From Lytechinus pictus (lineage: Eukaryota), in contig NC_087245.1 in assembly GCF_037042905.1 (NCBI RefSeq), forward strand, positions 2,606,001-2,670,000: DNA of 64,000 nt, given 5' to 3'. Shown one piece after another: positions 39,601 through 50,993 of this stretch (its first letter is position 1; each line of letters begins with the position of its first letter). Made by a program: the position numbers and the translations under genes. The notes beneath the pieces are model-generated. The model was not told where the DNA came from, did no database searches, and saw nothing but the letters and a program-made list of their open reading frames with translations.

Positions 39601-42600
39601 TAATATTTTCAACAAGAACTTCCAGAATGTCAAATATATTATCTGTTGTCCATGAAACTTGATTTTATTCACTCTCATTTGTGTATTTCAAACCCACAAA
39701 AAGATGAATATAACTGGTTACAATATGTACACCACTACATGTACATACATGGATGTGTATATGATAATATATTGATACATTGTATGAGTCACACTACCAA
39801 GTGCACCTGGGACCATCAATGATAATTTATTCAATGCAGCCTACATGACAGGTATTGAAGAGATTTACAATTGTTTGGATGATTACCAGGCATAACTTAC
39901 TGGTACATCACCTGAATATCATGCATATGATCAACTATAACAAAAGGCAGATTCATATTCAGTTTTAAAGTACTGTTGTATAACAGCAACAATGCATGTT
40001 TAATATTTGCTCCTAATTCTCGATATCAGTCAATCAAAATTCAAACATTTCTCTCATATCACTTATTAATATCAATATTACTAATTAAAAAAAAGACACA
40101 AATGAATGAAACAAAATTAAAATTATGACAAACTGCTGTTTTTATAATCATAATCCAAAGATAACACCTTAACAGTAATATCTGATTCTACATAATGCAA
40201 TGTTTTCTGGGTTGATGAAATGGAACTATTAAAAATATTGTCATACTGCATCTAATATGATTCTTGCATTATCTTAAATAAACATTCTTTAATAAGAAAA
40301 AAATCTTAATCTTACCAAAGCTTTAAAGAAACGTAAGACACACCTTGCTATCTGCACTCCTCAATTCAATATGAGCTGATATATGAATTTACTGTTTATT
40401 CAACAATCATAATACATGTAATCTGTAACCTTGAATGTGGTAAACTTGCCCTGTTCACATTTTCACTTGGTCATGCCAATTTGATCAATCAAACACTAGG
40501 GATCATTCTATTTGTAACATCTCAATTGTAAAAATTTGAAGGGCCTGTTAGGATCAGTCCACAAAATTATTTAAATTCCAAGTGAGAAAACAAGATGATT
40601 TACAGCATCCAATTTAAAAGAGATTGTTCTGTTAACTACAGGTTTATTCTGAAAAGGATGTAAGTAAAAGTTTAAAGCCAAAGATTACTTAAAGGGATGC
40701 TCCGGGCTGAAAAATTTGATAAAAAAAAGAAATAGAGTATAATTCAAAGAGCAAAATGCTGAAAATTGTCTTCAAAATCTGAAAACAAATAGCGAAGTTA
40801 TTACATTATATAGTTTAGCAATATATTGTGAAAACAGTTATATGTACGATGTCATGAATATTCATTAGATGGACTAATGATGTCACATCCCCACTTTCCC
40901 TTTTCTTATGTTATTACATGAAATCATAAATGTTTCATTTTTTCATACATGTGTGAAGGATATGTCTCCCCTGTAATGAAATTAAGGTTGCAGTGCATAT
41001 CTAATGCAAATAATCAGTTATTCCAATATTTTTGGTTCTAGAAGGAAAAAATTAAATTAACCTACATGAAATATCATATAATAAAATACAAAATAACAAG
41101 TGGGGATATGACATCATCAGTTTGGTCATTGAATATTCATGAAGACATGCCTAGAACTGTTTCACCGGAATAATGCAAATCTTTAAAATGCCATATTAAA
41201 AACTTTGTCATTCCTTGTCCGATTTTGATCAAATTTTCCATGCTTGTTTGTCTGATTTTTCTTAACCTGTTCAAGTCATATTATTTTCAGCCTGGAGTAC
41301 CTCTTTAAAACAAGGTAACAAAACAAAATATATTCTTACCACAAACACTAAAATTTCACAGTAATGGCAAAATTTTAATAGCAAAATCAATCAATTATCC
41401 TCAAAAACAAAATCAGTTTCCCCGCAAAGGCTAATTTTCTTGTTTTAAGTTATTGTCAGTTTTAAGGTTTGTAATAGAATCCAGATGAGCTGGGTCCATT
41501 TTTATGTGAAAGGGGTATCTGAATAAATTCCTTCATCCAACAGCTCCTTCCTCCATGAGGCTGTTACTAATCTTTAATAGATCCATAGACAATTATAGAT
41601 GAATTCCACTGATTCTCCGGACCTTGATTGCAGGAAATTCATTGTAATTTTAGAAACAAGTACAACAGAATATTTCATTAAATGTCATCAATAATTCTTG
41701 AGAATCTGTAGTTCATAATATGATCTTCAAAATCCTTACGGAGACCGATTTCATGATATAAGTGAGACCAATGGTATATCTGGGGAAAAACAGTATTTTT
41801 GGGCTTTATGCAAATACCAACTACAGTACATGTATATCAGACTAGTGGAATATTATGATGCCATGGTTAGCATTGAAATCACACCCCTTGCTTTTTCATC
41901 ACATTACAACTTTCATTTTTTTTACTAGTTGCTTTTGCTCTTTTTTTTGTGCCCAGGGCAAATGTCTCCTTGCCCCTCCCTAGATATGCCACTGAGAGAG
42001 ACCTTGTTCTTTATTCATTTACGCACAAAGAAACAGACATTTTTTTATGTATATATTACTGGCAAACTTTTTTATTGTGTTCAGCTTAGAGAGTATAGGT
42101 TATTACTTCAATGTGTGTGTGTGCATGGACTTTGCAGCGATAACCTCATAACAAAATATTAGACCAAAGACAATTTTATCTTACCTGTATATAAATGTTT
42201 GTGTTAACTTCCATTTTATTAGAAATGACCTGACCACTTTGAATGGGTTTGCATGTTTGAGTGTGTGTCTGTGTGCCATAATAAAATAAAAACAATACAC
42301 CCCTTTCAACAAAGGAGGGAAGGGGGGGGGGGGGGGGGGTAGAGACACACTGGTATCGATTATGCTCCAAGCATCTCAAAGTTGATTTAAATTTTGAAAC
42401 ACAAAAAGTTGCCATGATATATCAGCACAAACCCAAACAATGAAGAAAGGGCCTTGATTAAATTTTTTTACATTAATTGGAATTCAAAATCATCTTTTAA
42501 TATCTCCAAATACAAGCCTCTAAAATCTGAGTCATCATTTTAGAGTGTGACAAACTGCCAGCAACAATCCTAAAGAGGTCTCTCTCCTATGAGAAAAGAA

Positions 42601-45600
42601 GATTAATGCAGGTTATTCATTCTCTTAACCTTGGACAATGAAATCCCTAGAAAATCGCCCCTTCCTGTACTTTTTCTCACTAAGCAGTATGCTTCCCTAC
42701 ATACATGTAACAAGTATCCGATATCAGCACACACCAAAATGCTCATAAAAACAACTTGAATTACATGCAAATTCAAAGGTAGATATCCTGAAAAGTAATA
42801 TGGAAAGCGAGCTTCATACATAGTTGTTTACTCTTTATTTTCTTCACATACCTGTTGTAAACCATTCAAGCGGCTTTAGCCCAAAATTTACAATACTGGA
42901 TAAAGTTACCATGACCTAACAACTTCAGAAAATAATATTTCAAGAATAATGTATTCTTCTATACTCACATTATTCTACGATAATTACAAGCACAGAAAAT
43001 TCATACACAGAAGAAAAGTCTTATAAATAAACCTCTAAGGAGCCTGTTGCAGAAAGCGTTGTGTTTGAACACAACTCAAATAATCAAACGTAAGTCAGAA
43101 ATGTGCACTTCTGATTGGTTGTAGATCAAGTCTCATTCGATCTCAACCCTTCATGCAACAGGCCCTTGGTGCGATATACATATATTAACCTTGCCTAGAG
43201 TATAGTAACTGCACTATATATATATGGACATTATTATTTTGCTGAAATTCCATGAACTTACATAAATGCACAAGAACACTCCATAATGAATAGCAATGTA
43301 TTTATCCTCCTCAAAGAGAGAACGTCAATTAATGAATACCGTTGGCACCTTCCTGAAATGTTCAAACAGCATTCACACACCACTGTACACATTCATCGCT
43401 CTGTGTCTTCCCTTTGAACATCCAGTATCCGTGACAACGTGGGGATCCTGAGCCGGATGGCAGCCCACCTCGCTCAGGAAACACAGGGCGAACTAAAACT
43501 CTCTTTAGAGGCTCTTTGACTTGTTCTTAAAGACACTGCATGAACACTTCATCGACTCCATGCATAATTTGGTGCAACAATGTGTAGTCCCACCAAATCA
43601 AATCTGTGTCTCATCCATGGTGAATGCTAATCTTTTAACAATTCTCAATGCCTTTGTACATGTATCTCTCAGACAAAAAGCATGGCATTTATTCTCCAGC
43701 CTACATATGCATCCAGTTTGTTACTACTGTCCTTGGTGCAGTGTTTTAGGTGGAAAAGAGGGTTCTCTGCAAACATGTATTTGTTTATGAATCATCTGGG
43801 CCATTCTTAAATGGTCTAGGAAATTACTAATTTCTTCTCTGTACTTCAGGGCCTTTCAACAAATCATTTACCCTGTAGGGCCTGTACTTGTAGTCAATCA
43901 TTTAAACAATATTCACACTATAGTCTGTGTAATATACAAATATCTACATAAAAATAAGGAATACCCAGGCCCGAATTCTTGCATGTTTATTTGGTCTTGT
44001 TGACATCTCTGAAAACTGATAAATTATTCAAATTTTAAACTTATCAAATAATAAACAGAAACTGATTTTAAAAAAATCTTATATAAAATAACCTCAACAA
44101 TTTCTCCATGAACATAACAGGATATTGCTGTCCACATGCCGACAGGTGCATATGCAAAACAATAGCACTTTGATTGATAAAAGGTTAAGTGCATTTTTGC
44201 AGTCATACCATAAAACATCATGAAGCATGATAGTTCTTAAGTGTACCTCATATTGGAATAATTCATTCCACAGACATGAAGCTTTCTTATGCTAAAATAG
44301 AATTTGTAAGTTCCACTCAACGCTGAAACTTCCAAACTGCTTATCAGTGATATGCAGCCCCCAGTTATTATTTTCCTAATGACAACTTCAAACACATGTT
44401 GTTATAGTGATAGCACACTGGATTACTCATCTTAGCTGAGAGAGATTCCTTGTTGCTACTCAAGTAATCTAAGAGAGGAAGGAGAGCAATAGGAGAAATC
44501 ATGGGAAAAAAAAGAAAGGAAGTCAAGGCAACTCACCTGAATCGTCTGCGTGCTTGCTTGTTCCCTGAACGTACGCGATGTGACCCGAGCTTGCCGTCAC
44601 GTCAGGAGGCGGCTGCACAGCGCCACCAGACCCTGTGATTTAACGTAATCAGGACAGAGGAATCGTAGAGTGATGATACCTGAACCTGCTTTGCTTTGTC
44701 TCAAACAGTGGGATGCACATAGCATATCACAGATGTAGCTTGCCTCAAGGGCATTTCAAACCCCTTATTACCTCATAGATATTATTACACAAAGGAATGC
44801 GCTATGTAGGGTATGAAATGACAATTAAATAGGATCTTCTTTGTTTAAGATGAAGAAAGAGAAGTTGATGAAATCTATCCTGTTAAAGTCCTCTACTAGA
44901 CCTGAATGGAATCACTGATACTGAATACCAGCGGGAATGTCTTACGTGTAATATAGCCATGAGCAATGGCCTGCTTCTTTCAACATTCAGCAGAAACTAT
45001 GACAGATGTGGAGGTGGGGGAAAAGATTTGCTTAGATCTTCATTTTCCAAATATATTGCTGAATAACCTTGACAGAGTTTGGTAAAGACCTAATGATTCA
45101 ATGGTTATATTTTCTTTCTAATACTAATTTCAACTTGAGGGGGATATGTGAAGAATCAAAGGAGGCTAGAGGTTGACCAATGTGGGATGTCTTCTCCTAC
45201 AGGAAATGTTCAAGGATAGGCACTGAGGAGTTGCCGAAGCACTTTATTGGGTGGGTGTGCGGCTCAGTATATGCGACCCCCAAGGCAATTGAGAGAGGAA
45301 AAGATCATTTAAGACAAACACAAATGTAATTTCTTTCCATTCTGTCTGTCTGCTTTGTCTCCTGTTTTCAAAGAAAGCATTTATGGCATCATAGTCACAA
45401 ATGAATTATGAAGTACACAAAGCACTCATGGTCTTTGAACTAAGAGCTCTCACATATCCCATGGATGAGAAAGTACCTTAAGTTACCTCCTTGGAATAAA
45501 GAAAAGTAATGTTTAATATTTTGATATCAGAAATCCTTGTCTGCTCTTAGGATAGTTTGGCACCTACTAAAGAAGCAAAAACAAATGTTGTTTGATAACA

Positions 45601-48600
45601 TTTCTTGACATCTATCTTTATGTAACAGAAATATAAGTCTGTCAAAACAGAAATGGGATATATCACTTGTAATTGAGCATAACTTCTCAATGTTCAATTC
45701 ATGGTTCAGTTTAAAAAAAGACGGAAGAAAAATACAATCAGTATAAACAGGAGAATATTAAATGCACTATTGTAGCAGTATATTTTTAAACTAAAATATA
45801 ATATTGAGAATAAAAATACATTGTTTTTTCTATTGTGTGCTGTTGTCTGGATTTGTACAATATATGGGAATGTAACATCCACATTTGTATATAACAAAGT
45901 GCACCTTGATGGACTATTTGTGTGTGTGTGTGTTAGATGGCAAAAGTGTAAACCCAACAGGCTTTGCCCCAGATTTTGAGTCATGTATATGTACAAGCAC
46001 TTTGAAACACCCAAAGTTGTTTGTTTCTACTAGTTTGAAAGGGAGTAGACATTCTTGAACTCAAAAGCATTATCCAATGAATCATACGCTTGGGATGATA
46101 ATAGAGGAAGAAACAGATTTTGGTCTTAGAATGTAGATACAATTTTCTGATCTCTTTAACTAAAGAAGTTCTATACAGGTGGAAGATAATCTGAATGAAT
46201 GTAAATTCATTCTCGAAGATGACTGTCCCCCCCCCCCCCAAAGTTTTTTTTTCCCCTTTGGCACAGATTTCTAAATGACGTAGTGCTGAATCATAATATT
46301 TTCTCCACTCCTCAAATTTAAAGTGGATGAGCCCCTCTTACTGTGTTATAACCAATGTCTTAAATTTTTATGCTCTCTTGAAATATCCATAACTTTCTCC
46401 TTTTTTGGTCTAATTTCATTAAAGATCCAACCAATCAATTTCTGTTAATCAATTTGATTCGTCTTAAAGTGATTGTCTGTTGTAGTCTGCTGATTGGACA
46501 TAAGAAAATCCTGACTTACAGCTGCTTGCAATATCAAGACCCCTCGTACCGGACACAGCCCCTCGTCCACCAGTAACGTGTCCATTGGCTGGCTGTAGTC
46601 TATGGTAATGTGGATTAAGACCAGGTTCACCACTACCCACATAATGGAAGCTGGAAGACCCTGCCCCAATGTCATGTGTGTGATGAGAGGAGGAAGAGGA
46701 GATGGAGTCATCATCGTCTGTCTCAGATTCTAAAGATGAAAATGGAGAAGAAACATTTTAAATGAACAGAGCATGTACTACAATTGAATCAGAGTGATTC
46801 ACAAAATAAAAATCATGTTTTTCAAAATCAAGTTCAAATTAATACCACTAATATAGAAAGGCAGTATAATTGTCTGTATTTAAATAGAGTGTATTGAAGT
46901 AGAGGATATGAATACTAACAAATGTAAAATGAAAGTAAGAGAGATTTATGATCAATGCATACATAATGTAATGGACAACCTTCAAAGAGATTGAAACCTA
47001 AATTAGTTATTCATTACTGATTGTCTTCATTATTCTAAGTGCAATAAAATCATGTTATTATTGAGCAATTTAGTGCGGCAGTTCAACAGAAAACAGAACT
47101 ATGGAAAGGAAAGAGATCATGTTAATTAAAACAAAAGTATCATATCAGTGCTAAAAATATTGTAAACTAATATCTTAAGAACTAGCTTCCTGTTTCATGA
47201 GAATAAAATACACAGAAAAGTTCACTGACCTGGTGGTGTTTCTATGGGAACAATGTTGGCATGCAACGAATGTCTTTTGGAAGGTAGGGGCATCTGAAGG
47301 TCATTGTGTTTGGCAAGGGCTGCTTTCACCGCCTCCTCCCGAATATCTACAAGATGTACAGGATGAAATACAATGAGAAGACACAAGCAAAGCTTATTAG
47401 GGATTAAACAAGATAATCCAACAGTTCCTAATCATATCATAACAGTTCATCAGTTATAATTAGAAGATAAATTTAGTGTTGACTTGCAGTTGACCTGGCA
47501 GACTTCCACATTCCAACACTACATACATACATTACATGTAGGCCTATGTACTTTTCACTTCTCTTCATATGGCCTCAGAAGGTATACCAACCAGGAAAGC
47601 ATCCACTTCTTCATCTACTAACGGATGGTATTATTCTCCTAGTATCATCTAAACACTTTCATTGCTAAAACCACTTTGTGCACAACAAATTGGGTCCAAT
47701 TCGGTGGATTCACAATACGGTGCGCCACTTATAGATTGCAGCAGACAGGCCGAAATTCGCAATGCCACATGGGAAAAAGTTGACGTCTGTTGTGCACGCT
47801 TTAAGTGCATGCATGCAATTATGCTGCGCTTGCCAGGGTTTACCAGAGTCCAGGAGGTGGGTGAGGAATTTGCCGCATATTTCTTAGCGAAATTTGGAAA
47901 ATTTTCAGTGAATTCTTCCTCCGCTTTGGCAATATGGTTTCCATTTTTGAAGCGTCAGTCATATTACAGTCCACCATAGAGGTGGATAAAATAAGTTTAT
48001 CCACCTCTATGCAGTACACAAGCACTCTGCGCTGCCCTCCGCGCGATGTCGACCCCGAAGTTATTAATTGGCCTGTCTATTGCAGCCCAGGGGGGGGGGG
48101 GGGAGGGGGCACTTCCATTGACGAGTGAATGGGGTCTCGAAAAGCACCCTAAACAAGTATTTTCCATATTCTGAAAATGCACCCCTTAACAAATATTGGC
48201 ATGTGAAACCCTACCCTTAACAAGTATTGGAAACAAAACGTTACCCTTGGCAAGTATTCCCTGAACTGAACCCCTAAACAAGTACAGCAATATTTTAATT
48301 GTTATATGTCACGGACGTCGGTCGTCAGTTTTACCTTTACCTACATCATTGGGTTTAGTACACTCCCACGCCTCGCGCAAATTGGAACACTGTGTAGTGT
48401 TAAAACTTGGTTCATAGACATATCATTTAATCATGCAGATATTAGACCAAATAACTGTTTGCAAAAAGAAAGCATGGATTTGACATACAACTTGAAATAC
48501 ATTCTTTTTTAATCATCAGGGATGGACTTTCTCTTACAAAGATGTGTTTTCTACAGCCTAAAATATATTAAGTAGTAGGAATCTAAATTTCTAAGGTCAC

Positions 48601-48998
48601 TCAAACTTTAAAATCCAATGAAACTATTATTTTCAAAAAAAAATCATTTTTTTTTCAAAATCAAATTTGATAAAAATACATCATCAAAACAGAAGCAAAC
48701 AGTTACAAAATTGTACTTTTTTACAATTGGAAATTTGAGTCTTTCTATAAGGTATGAGTTCAGTCTGCAAATGAAAAGATGGGAACAAACCTGATCTGAA
48801 GCAAACGGTAACAAAATTATACTCTTTTACAATTGGATATTTGAGTCTTTCTATAGGGTATAAGTTCGGTCAGCAAATTAAAAGATGAGGACAAACCTGA
48901 TCTATATCTTGTTTCCGGTTCATGATGTTCTCTCCTCCTACTCCTTGAACTTCTGCGCCCCACCCCTCCTGAACCAGCACCTTGATCTGGGGGTCCTC
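18587..48998 (-). CDS. DIP2: Disco-interacting protein 2 homolog (two FAAL-like adenylation domains); 36 exons in window, 5' exons outside
   Basis: Hallmark motifs RYRSD, PPDVT, KVSAKIQQLLNTLKRPKR, SRDMHW, LDFSVSTTGMLAGVK and C-terminal IPINSRGEKQRMHLRDGFLADQLDPIYVAYNM*. All exons are GT-AG and phases sum to 4451 nt (2 + 1483 codons). Confidence 0.97.
19097..19214. repeat. Tandem duplication, 2 x about 60 bp
   Basis: GGATGATTTAATATTTGAATA...TAACTTTTCTCTAA repeated. Confidence 0.85.
19395..19518 (-). CDS. DIP2: DIP2 exon
   Basis: RHDALFVVGSLDETLMMRGMRYHPIDIENTV. Confidence 0.95.
20067..20241 (-). CDS. DIP2: DIP2 exon
   Basis: IWVSSPHNSCGYFTIYG...ARTGYLGFLKRT. Confidence 0.95.
20933..21113. 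repeat. Long imperfect palindrome (foldback element)
   Basis: ACAGATATTGCCT...AGGCAATATCTGT arms with internal AACATTTC/GAAATGTT and TATATTTTCCC/GGGAAAAATATA pairs. Confidence 0.75.
21289..21424. mobile_element. Short palindromic MITE (same family as 2330)
   Basis: CCGTAACATAAAGCTTAGCAATGATC...CTTTGTGTTACGG. Confidence 0.75.
21466..21540 (-). CDS. DIP2: DIP2 exon
   Basis: ILPGVKVVIAHPETMGQCADSHLGE. Confidence 0.95.
22165..22284 (-). CDS. DIP2: DIP2 exon
   Basis: GASSPDPTTVYVDTRALRNDRV...MESGK. Confidence 0.95.
22604..22774 (-). CDS. DIP2: DIP2 exon
   Basis: VVVAEERPRVAL...AVSTSFGCRVNMAIALQ. Confidence 0.95.
23295..23371 (-). CDS. DIP2: DIP2 exon
   Basis: RDTFCSYSVMEICTKGLG. Confidence 0.95.
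23528..23619 (-). CDS. DIP2: DIP2 exon
   Basis: VYSGHQSILIPPTEIETNPALWL. Confidence 0.95.
24035..24165 (-). CDS. DIP2: DIP2 exon
   Basis: MSHAAASAVCRAQKLACELYPSR...LDPYCGLGFVLW. Confidence 0.95.
25061..25220. repeat. 160-bp imperfect palindrome
   Basis: ATGATACA/TGTATCAT, GTGCATCGGT/ACCGATGCAC and AAACCCAC/GTGGGTTT pairs. Confidence 0.75.
25262..25423 (-). CDS. DIP2: DIP2 exon
   Basis: TWPPLLDTDDLP...LDFSVSTTGMLAGVK. Confidence 0.95.
25958..26097 (-). CDS. DIP2: DIP2 exon
   Basis: AVPVTVRPPHAQSLVTTLPTVRMVVEVSKS. Confidence 0.95.
26585..26750 (-). CDS. DIP2: DIP2 exon
   Basis: QLHKRAERVA...GDHVALIYPPGLDLIVAFYGCLY. Confidence 0.95.
27126..27206 (-). CDS. DIP2: DIP2 exon
   Basis: NQFLAEVLQWRAQSTPDHVLFSLLNNK. 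Confidence 0.95.
27534..27735 (+). repeat. (CAT)n trinucleotide microsatellite
   Basis: About 200 bp of CAT/CAC/CGT; explains the poly-His and poly-Met ORFs. Confidence 0.95.
27749..27902 (-). CDS. DIP2: DIP2 exon
   Basis: CVTNLPKPR...VGPASVMMGNLVAG. Confidence 0.95.
28469..28560 (-). CDS. DIP2: DIP2 exon
   Basis: TPLGGIHLSETKQRFINGTLHPTNVLMCPH. Confidence 0.95.
29002..29100 (-). CDS. DIP2: DIP2 exon
   Basis: CFQWMSRVLQAVDSIHQVGVYCLALVPPNSLPK. Confidence 0.95.
29496..29580 (-). CDS. DIP2: DIP2 exon
   Basis: IAVFSIKVLKDDRIIIIAEQRPEASEEE. Confidence 0.95.
30003..30130 (-). CDS. DIP2: DIP2 exon
   Basis: GGLVFVCGK...GRRHNMDDIIATVLAVEP. Confidence 0.95.
30526..30606 (-). CDS. DIP2: DIP2 exon
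   Basis: FVRTGLLGFLGP. Confidence 0.95.
30876..31012 (-). CDS. DIP2: DIP2 exon
   Basis: LCKTDEIGELCVSS. Confidence 0.95.
31470..31609 (-). CDS. DIP2: DIP2 exon
   Basis: GRGVLSMAGLSYGVVRVDT...LTLQDVGVVMPG. Confidence 0.95.
33479..33614. repeat. Tandem duplication, about 75 bp unit
   Basis: TTTGATRTGAGCTAARAGGGTG...TAGGAAA...TTGACACC occurs twice. Confidence 0.75.
33673..33787 (-). CDS. DIP2: DIP2 exon
   Basis: WSLSSCDAFLSTFQSKGLKPEVLCPCA...LTVSIRR. Confidence 0.95.
34211..34330 (-). CDS. DIP2: DIP2 exon
   Basis: VKSRDMHWGL...SLRMLLVADGANP. Confidence 0.95.
34899..34992 (-). CDS. DIP2: DIP2 exon
   Basis: VPYSLMKVNPASWM. Confidence 0.95.
35544..35711 (-). CDS. DIP2: DIP2 exon
   Basis: YTTDNEGSVMGVT...VNVLDFKRDVGLWH. 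Confidence 0.95.
36133..36236 (-). CDS. DIP2: DIP2 exon
   Basis: GWPKLAWHVTEHLSKPPKDW...AYIE. Confidence 0.95.
36573..36696 (-). CDS. DIP2: DIP2 exon
   Basis: DAGSQQIGFLLGGCG...LPKT. Confidence 0.95.
37186..37296 (-). CDS. DIP2: DIP2 exon
   Basis: VALVYPNSDP...AFYGCLFAGIVPV. Confidence 0.95.
37742..37830 (-). CDS. DIP2: DIP2 exon
   Basis: GKLLSRANKIAYFLLNKLG...GDR. Confidence 0.95.
38298..38421 (-). CDS. DIP2: DIP2 exon
   Basis: LPRNLEAAVQRYG...LTYG. Confidence 0.9.
38955..39031 (-). CDS. DIP2: DIP2 exon
   Basis: DPNAPQPEG...GEQL. Confidence 0.9.
39179..39295 (-). CDS. DIP2: DIP2 exon
   Basis: SKVSAKIQQLLNTLKRPKRKPLQEFF. Confidence 0.95.
40693..41304. mobile_element. Kolobok-like MITE, TTAA TSD
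   Basis: TTAA|AGGGATGCTCCGGGCTGAAAA...TTTTCAGCCTGGAGTACCTCT|TTAA; internal layout resembles the 1062 element. Confidence 0.75.
44537..44632 (-). CDS. DIP2: DIP2 exon
   Basis: SGGAVQPPPDVTASS; phase 1-1, CAG/GTGAGT. Confidence 0.85.
46520..46729 (-). CDS. DIP2: DIP2 exon
   Basis: ESETDDDDSISSSSS...; phase 1-1, TAG/GTAAGT. Confidence 0.85.
47230..47346 (-). CDS. DIP2: DIP2 exon
   Basis: DIREEAVKAALAK...MPLPSKR...ETPP. Confidence 0.9.
47737..48385. mobile_element. GC-rich transposon relics (two adjacent elements)
   Basis: AGACAGGCC...GGCCTGTCT inverted ends (about 47741 and 48070), followed by a CCC-G-run-CACT terminus with repeated CCCTTAACAAGTATT subterminal motifs. Confidence 0.5.
48692..48903. 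repeat. 106-bp tandem duplication including a DIP2 splice donor
   Basis: Units 48692-48797 and 48798-48903 both end ACAAACCTGATCT. Confidence 0.85.
48897..48998 (-). CDS. DIP2: DIP2 exon (most 5' one recognised)
   Basis: GGPPDQ...RRREHHEPETRYRS(D). Confidence 0.9.
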
Positions 48999-50639
48999 CT
49001 GCAGAATGAAAAAAAAAGAAAAGAAAATCAAGAGATGTAATGAAATTATTGCTTTATACGCTTTCAGACAACATACAAACATACTCTGTCAACAATGGCC
49101 AAATCACAATCATCCACATATAACAATGGTTGCAGATGTGAAAGAAACTTTATTCTGTTAAAATTATCACAGAAGTACTGGAGATATAAGCAACCAAAAA
49201 TATAGATGGTAATGGGCATTTGCCAATTCTAATCACTTATGAATTGAATTTAACACAAGCAAGAATCAATGGCTAAGTCACAAACTATTTGTAATGAACT
49301 TGCACCTAAAGCATTAATTAGAACAAACAATTTACCAATTTGTCAAGAGTTTGTTTCCTTTAAGATGAAAATAGAAAGCAATATTTATCAATGAAATATA
49401 TAACTAGCAAAAGATATAAAATCATATAAATTTCCCAGATTTGACAATTCGATTTCTTGAGGATGCTGCTATACCTGGTTGAAAGATGTATTCATCATTG
49501 CCTTCCAACAGGAAATGAGATAGTCGCGATCTGGCGACTTGATAATCCATGACTTCTACACTGAAATCCTCAATTAATGACTTGGTCCAAGAAATCAGTT
49601 TTCACTATGCTTTCACCAAAAACACAAATCCAGTCTGGTAGTTATCAATTAGAGGTTGATTTTTTAAATGTTTTTATGAAGCAGTTCTGTTATGGTCTCT
49701 TGCTTTGATTTCCAAAGAATAAATTCAATAGAGAAAAGTTTCATGTACACTGACAAAAAACTCCAAATAGTTGGGTACAAGAATGATTTTGCAAAATGAA
49801 TTAAACCTTCCAATGTTGAAAATGTTGTGAAGCACAAACTTGCCTCTAATAAACAGGACAAATGCCTTCAATGGCAAAATCACTTTCAATTCCTTGGTGA
49901 TAGATTAATGAACCAGGGTGTCCTCTCAATAGCAAACATGACAGAATTGAATAACTTGAAAACCCAAAGTCCTGAAAACAAATCCTATTTCATTAAAATT
50001 TGATCATCTGAAAGGAAACTCTTCCGTCATAGTCAGCAAAGAGTGAAGGTATTCCAAAACAAAGAAACAGCAAGGTAGTGCAGTCTGCAACTTTCATGTA
50101 TATTGATGCCGCCTGGCCATACCCCCAACATACATGAGCAATAGGGCATGACGGTAAATATGATACATGAATTTCTCTGAAGCAAAGTTCAAGCTATGAC
50201 TAATAGGAATATCCACATTGTTGAATGCACACCGGCATTGGAAAATGAATGCACAAATGAAAATAACAATAGATACGAAACCAACCATGGTTAGAACCAC
50301 AATATAGACATTCTCCTTTCACTCTCAAACAAGTCTTAAGAGCTCACAGGAAAAAAAATAATAAAAATTGTTATGTACCTCATATCCAGTTGATACATAC
50401 TGTAAATGGTATTTCATTTAACCAACTATAATATTCTTGTATAATGATCTTCCTTGAATTAACAAATGAGAGGATTTTTTTATCATTCTCGTAGTCCATT
50501 TTTAATTATGGCAAATCTCCCAAAAGCATGTTTAGCCATTCCAATTCATTACCAGACTTACGTGAAGTATACCCCAAATGAGTTATGGTGTAAAGGACAT
50601 CAATGCGTTTTACTTAAATAATTTTGAGTAATATGTTAT

Positions 50640-50800
50640 CAATTATCATGAGGCCTACCCTTCATTAATCTAACTGCTGAGTGACTTGTCACTTGATATA
50701 CATGCAGGGCAGCAGATCCCATCTTCTAAAGTCACTAGGGTCGAACCCATAACCTATTTTCAAGGCACGCTACCAGTGTACTACTCAGCCACCATGCCCA
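50640..50800 (-). mobile_element. Degenerate tRNA-derived SINE head
   Basis: Reverse complement shows GGCATGGTGGCTGAGTAG (A-box-like) and GGTTCGACCC (B-box-like). Confidence 0.5.
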
Positions 50801-50993
50801 TATCAGCAGGTTTATGGATTATGACATGATATTACCCCCCCCCCCCCCAAAGCAAAAAAAAAAAACTATCAAAAAAATACATCATCATCATAATAATTTT
50901 TCAAAATATGGACTGAAAACCAAAGTTACATAAAAAGGGAATTCCCAAGGATAGAAGTAATTTCCTTACAATGACACAGGGTATCCTAACTCT

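Noticed and set aside
39901..39911. CAG|11 nt|GTAAGT microexon candidate (minus strand)
   Set aside because: Neither 11 nt nor the 25-nt alternative preserves the frame, and the pyrimidine tract is weak.
44946..44996. 51-nt TAG...GTAAG exon candidate (minus strand)
   Set aside because: It contains TGA in the DIP2 frame. It could only be a poison exon and has no other support.
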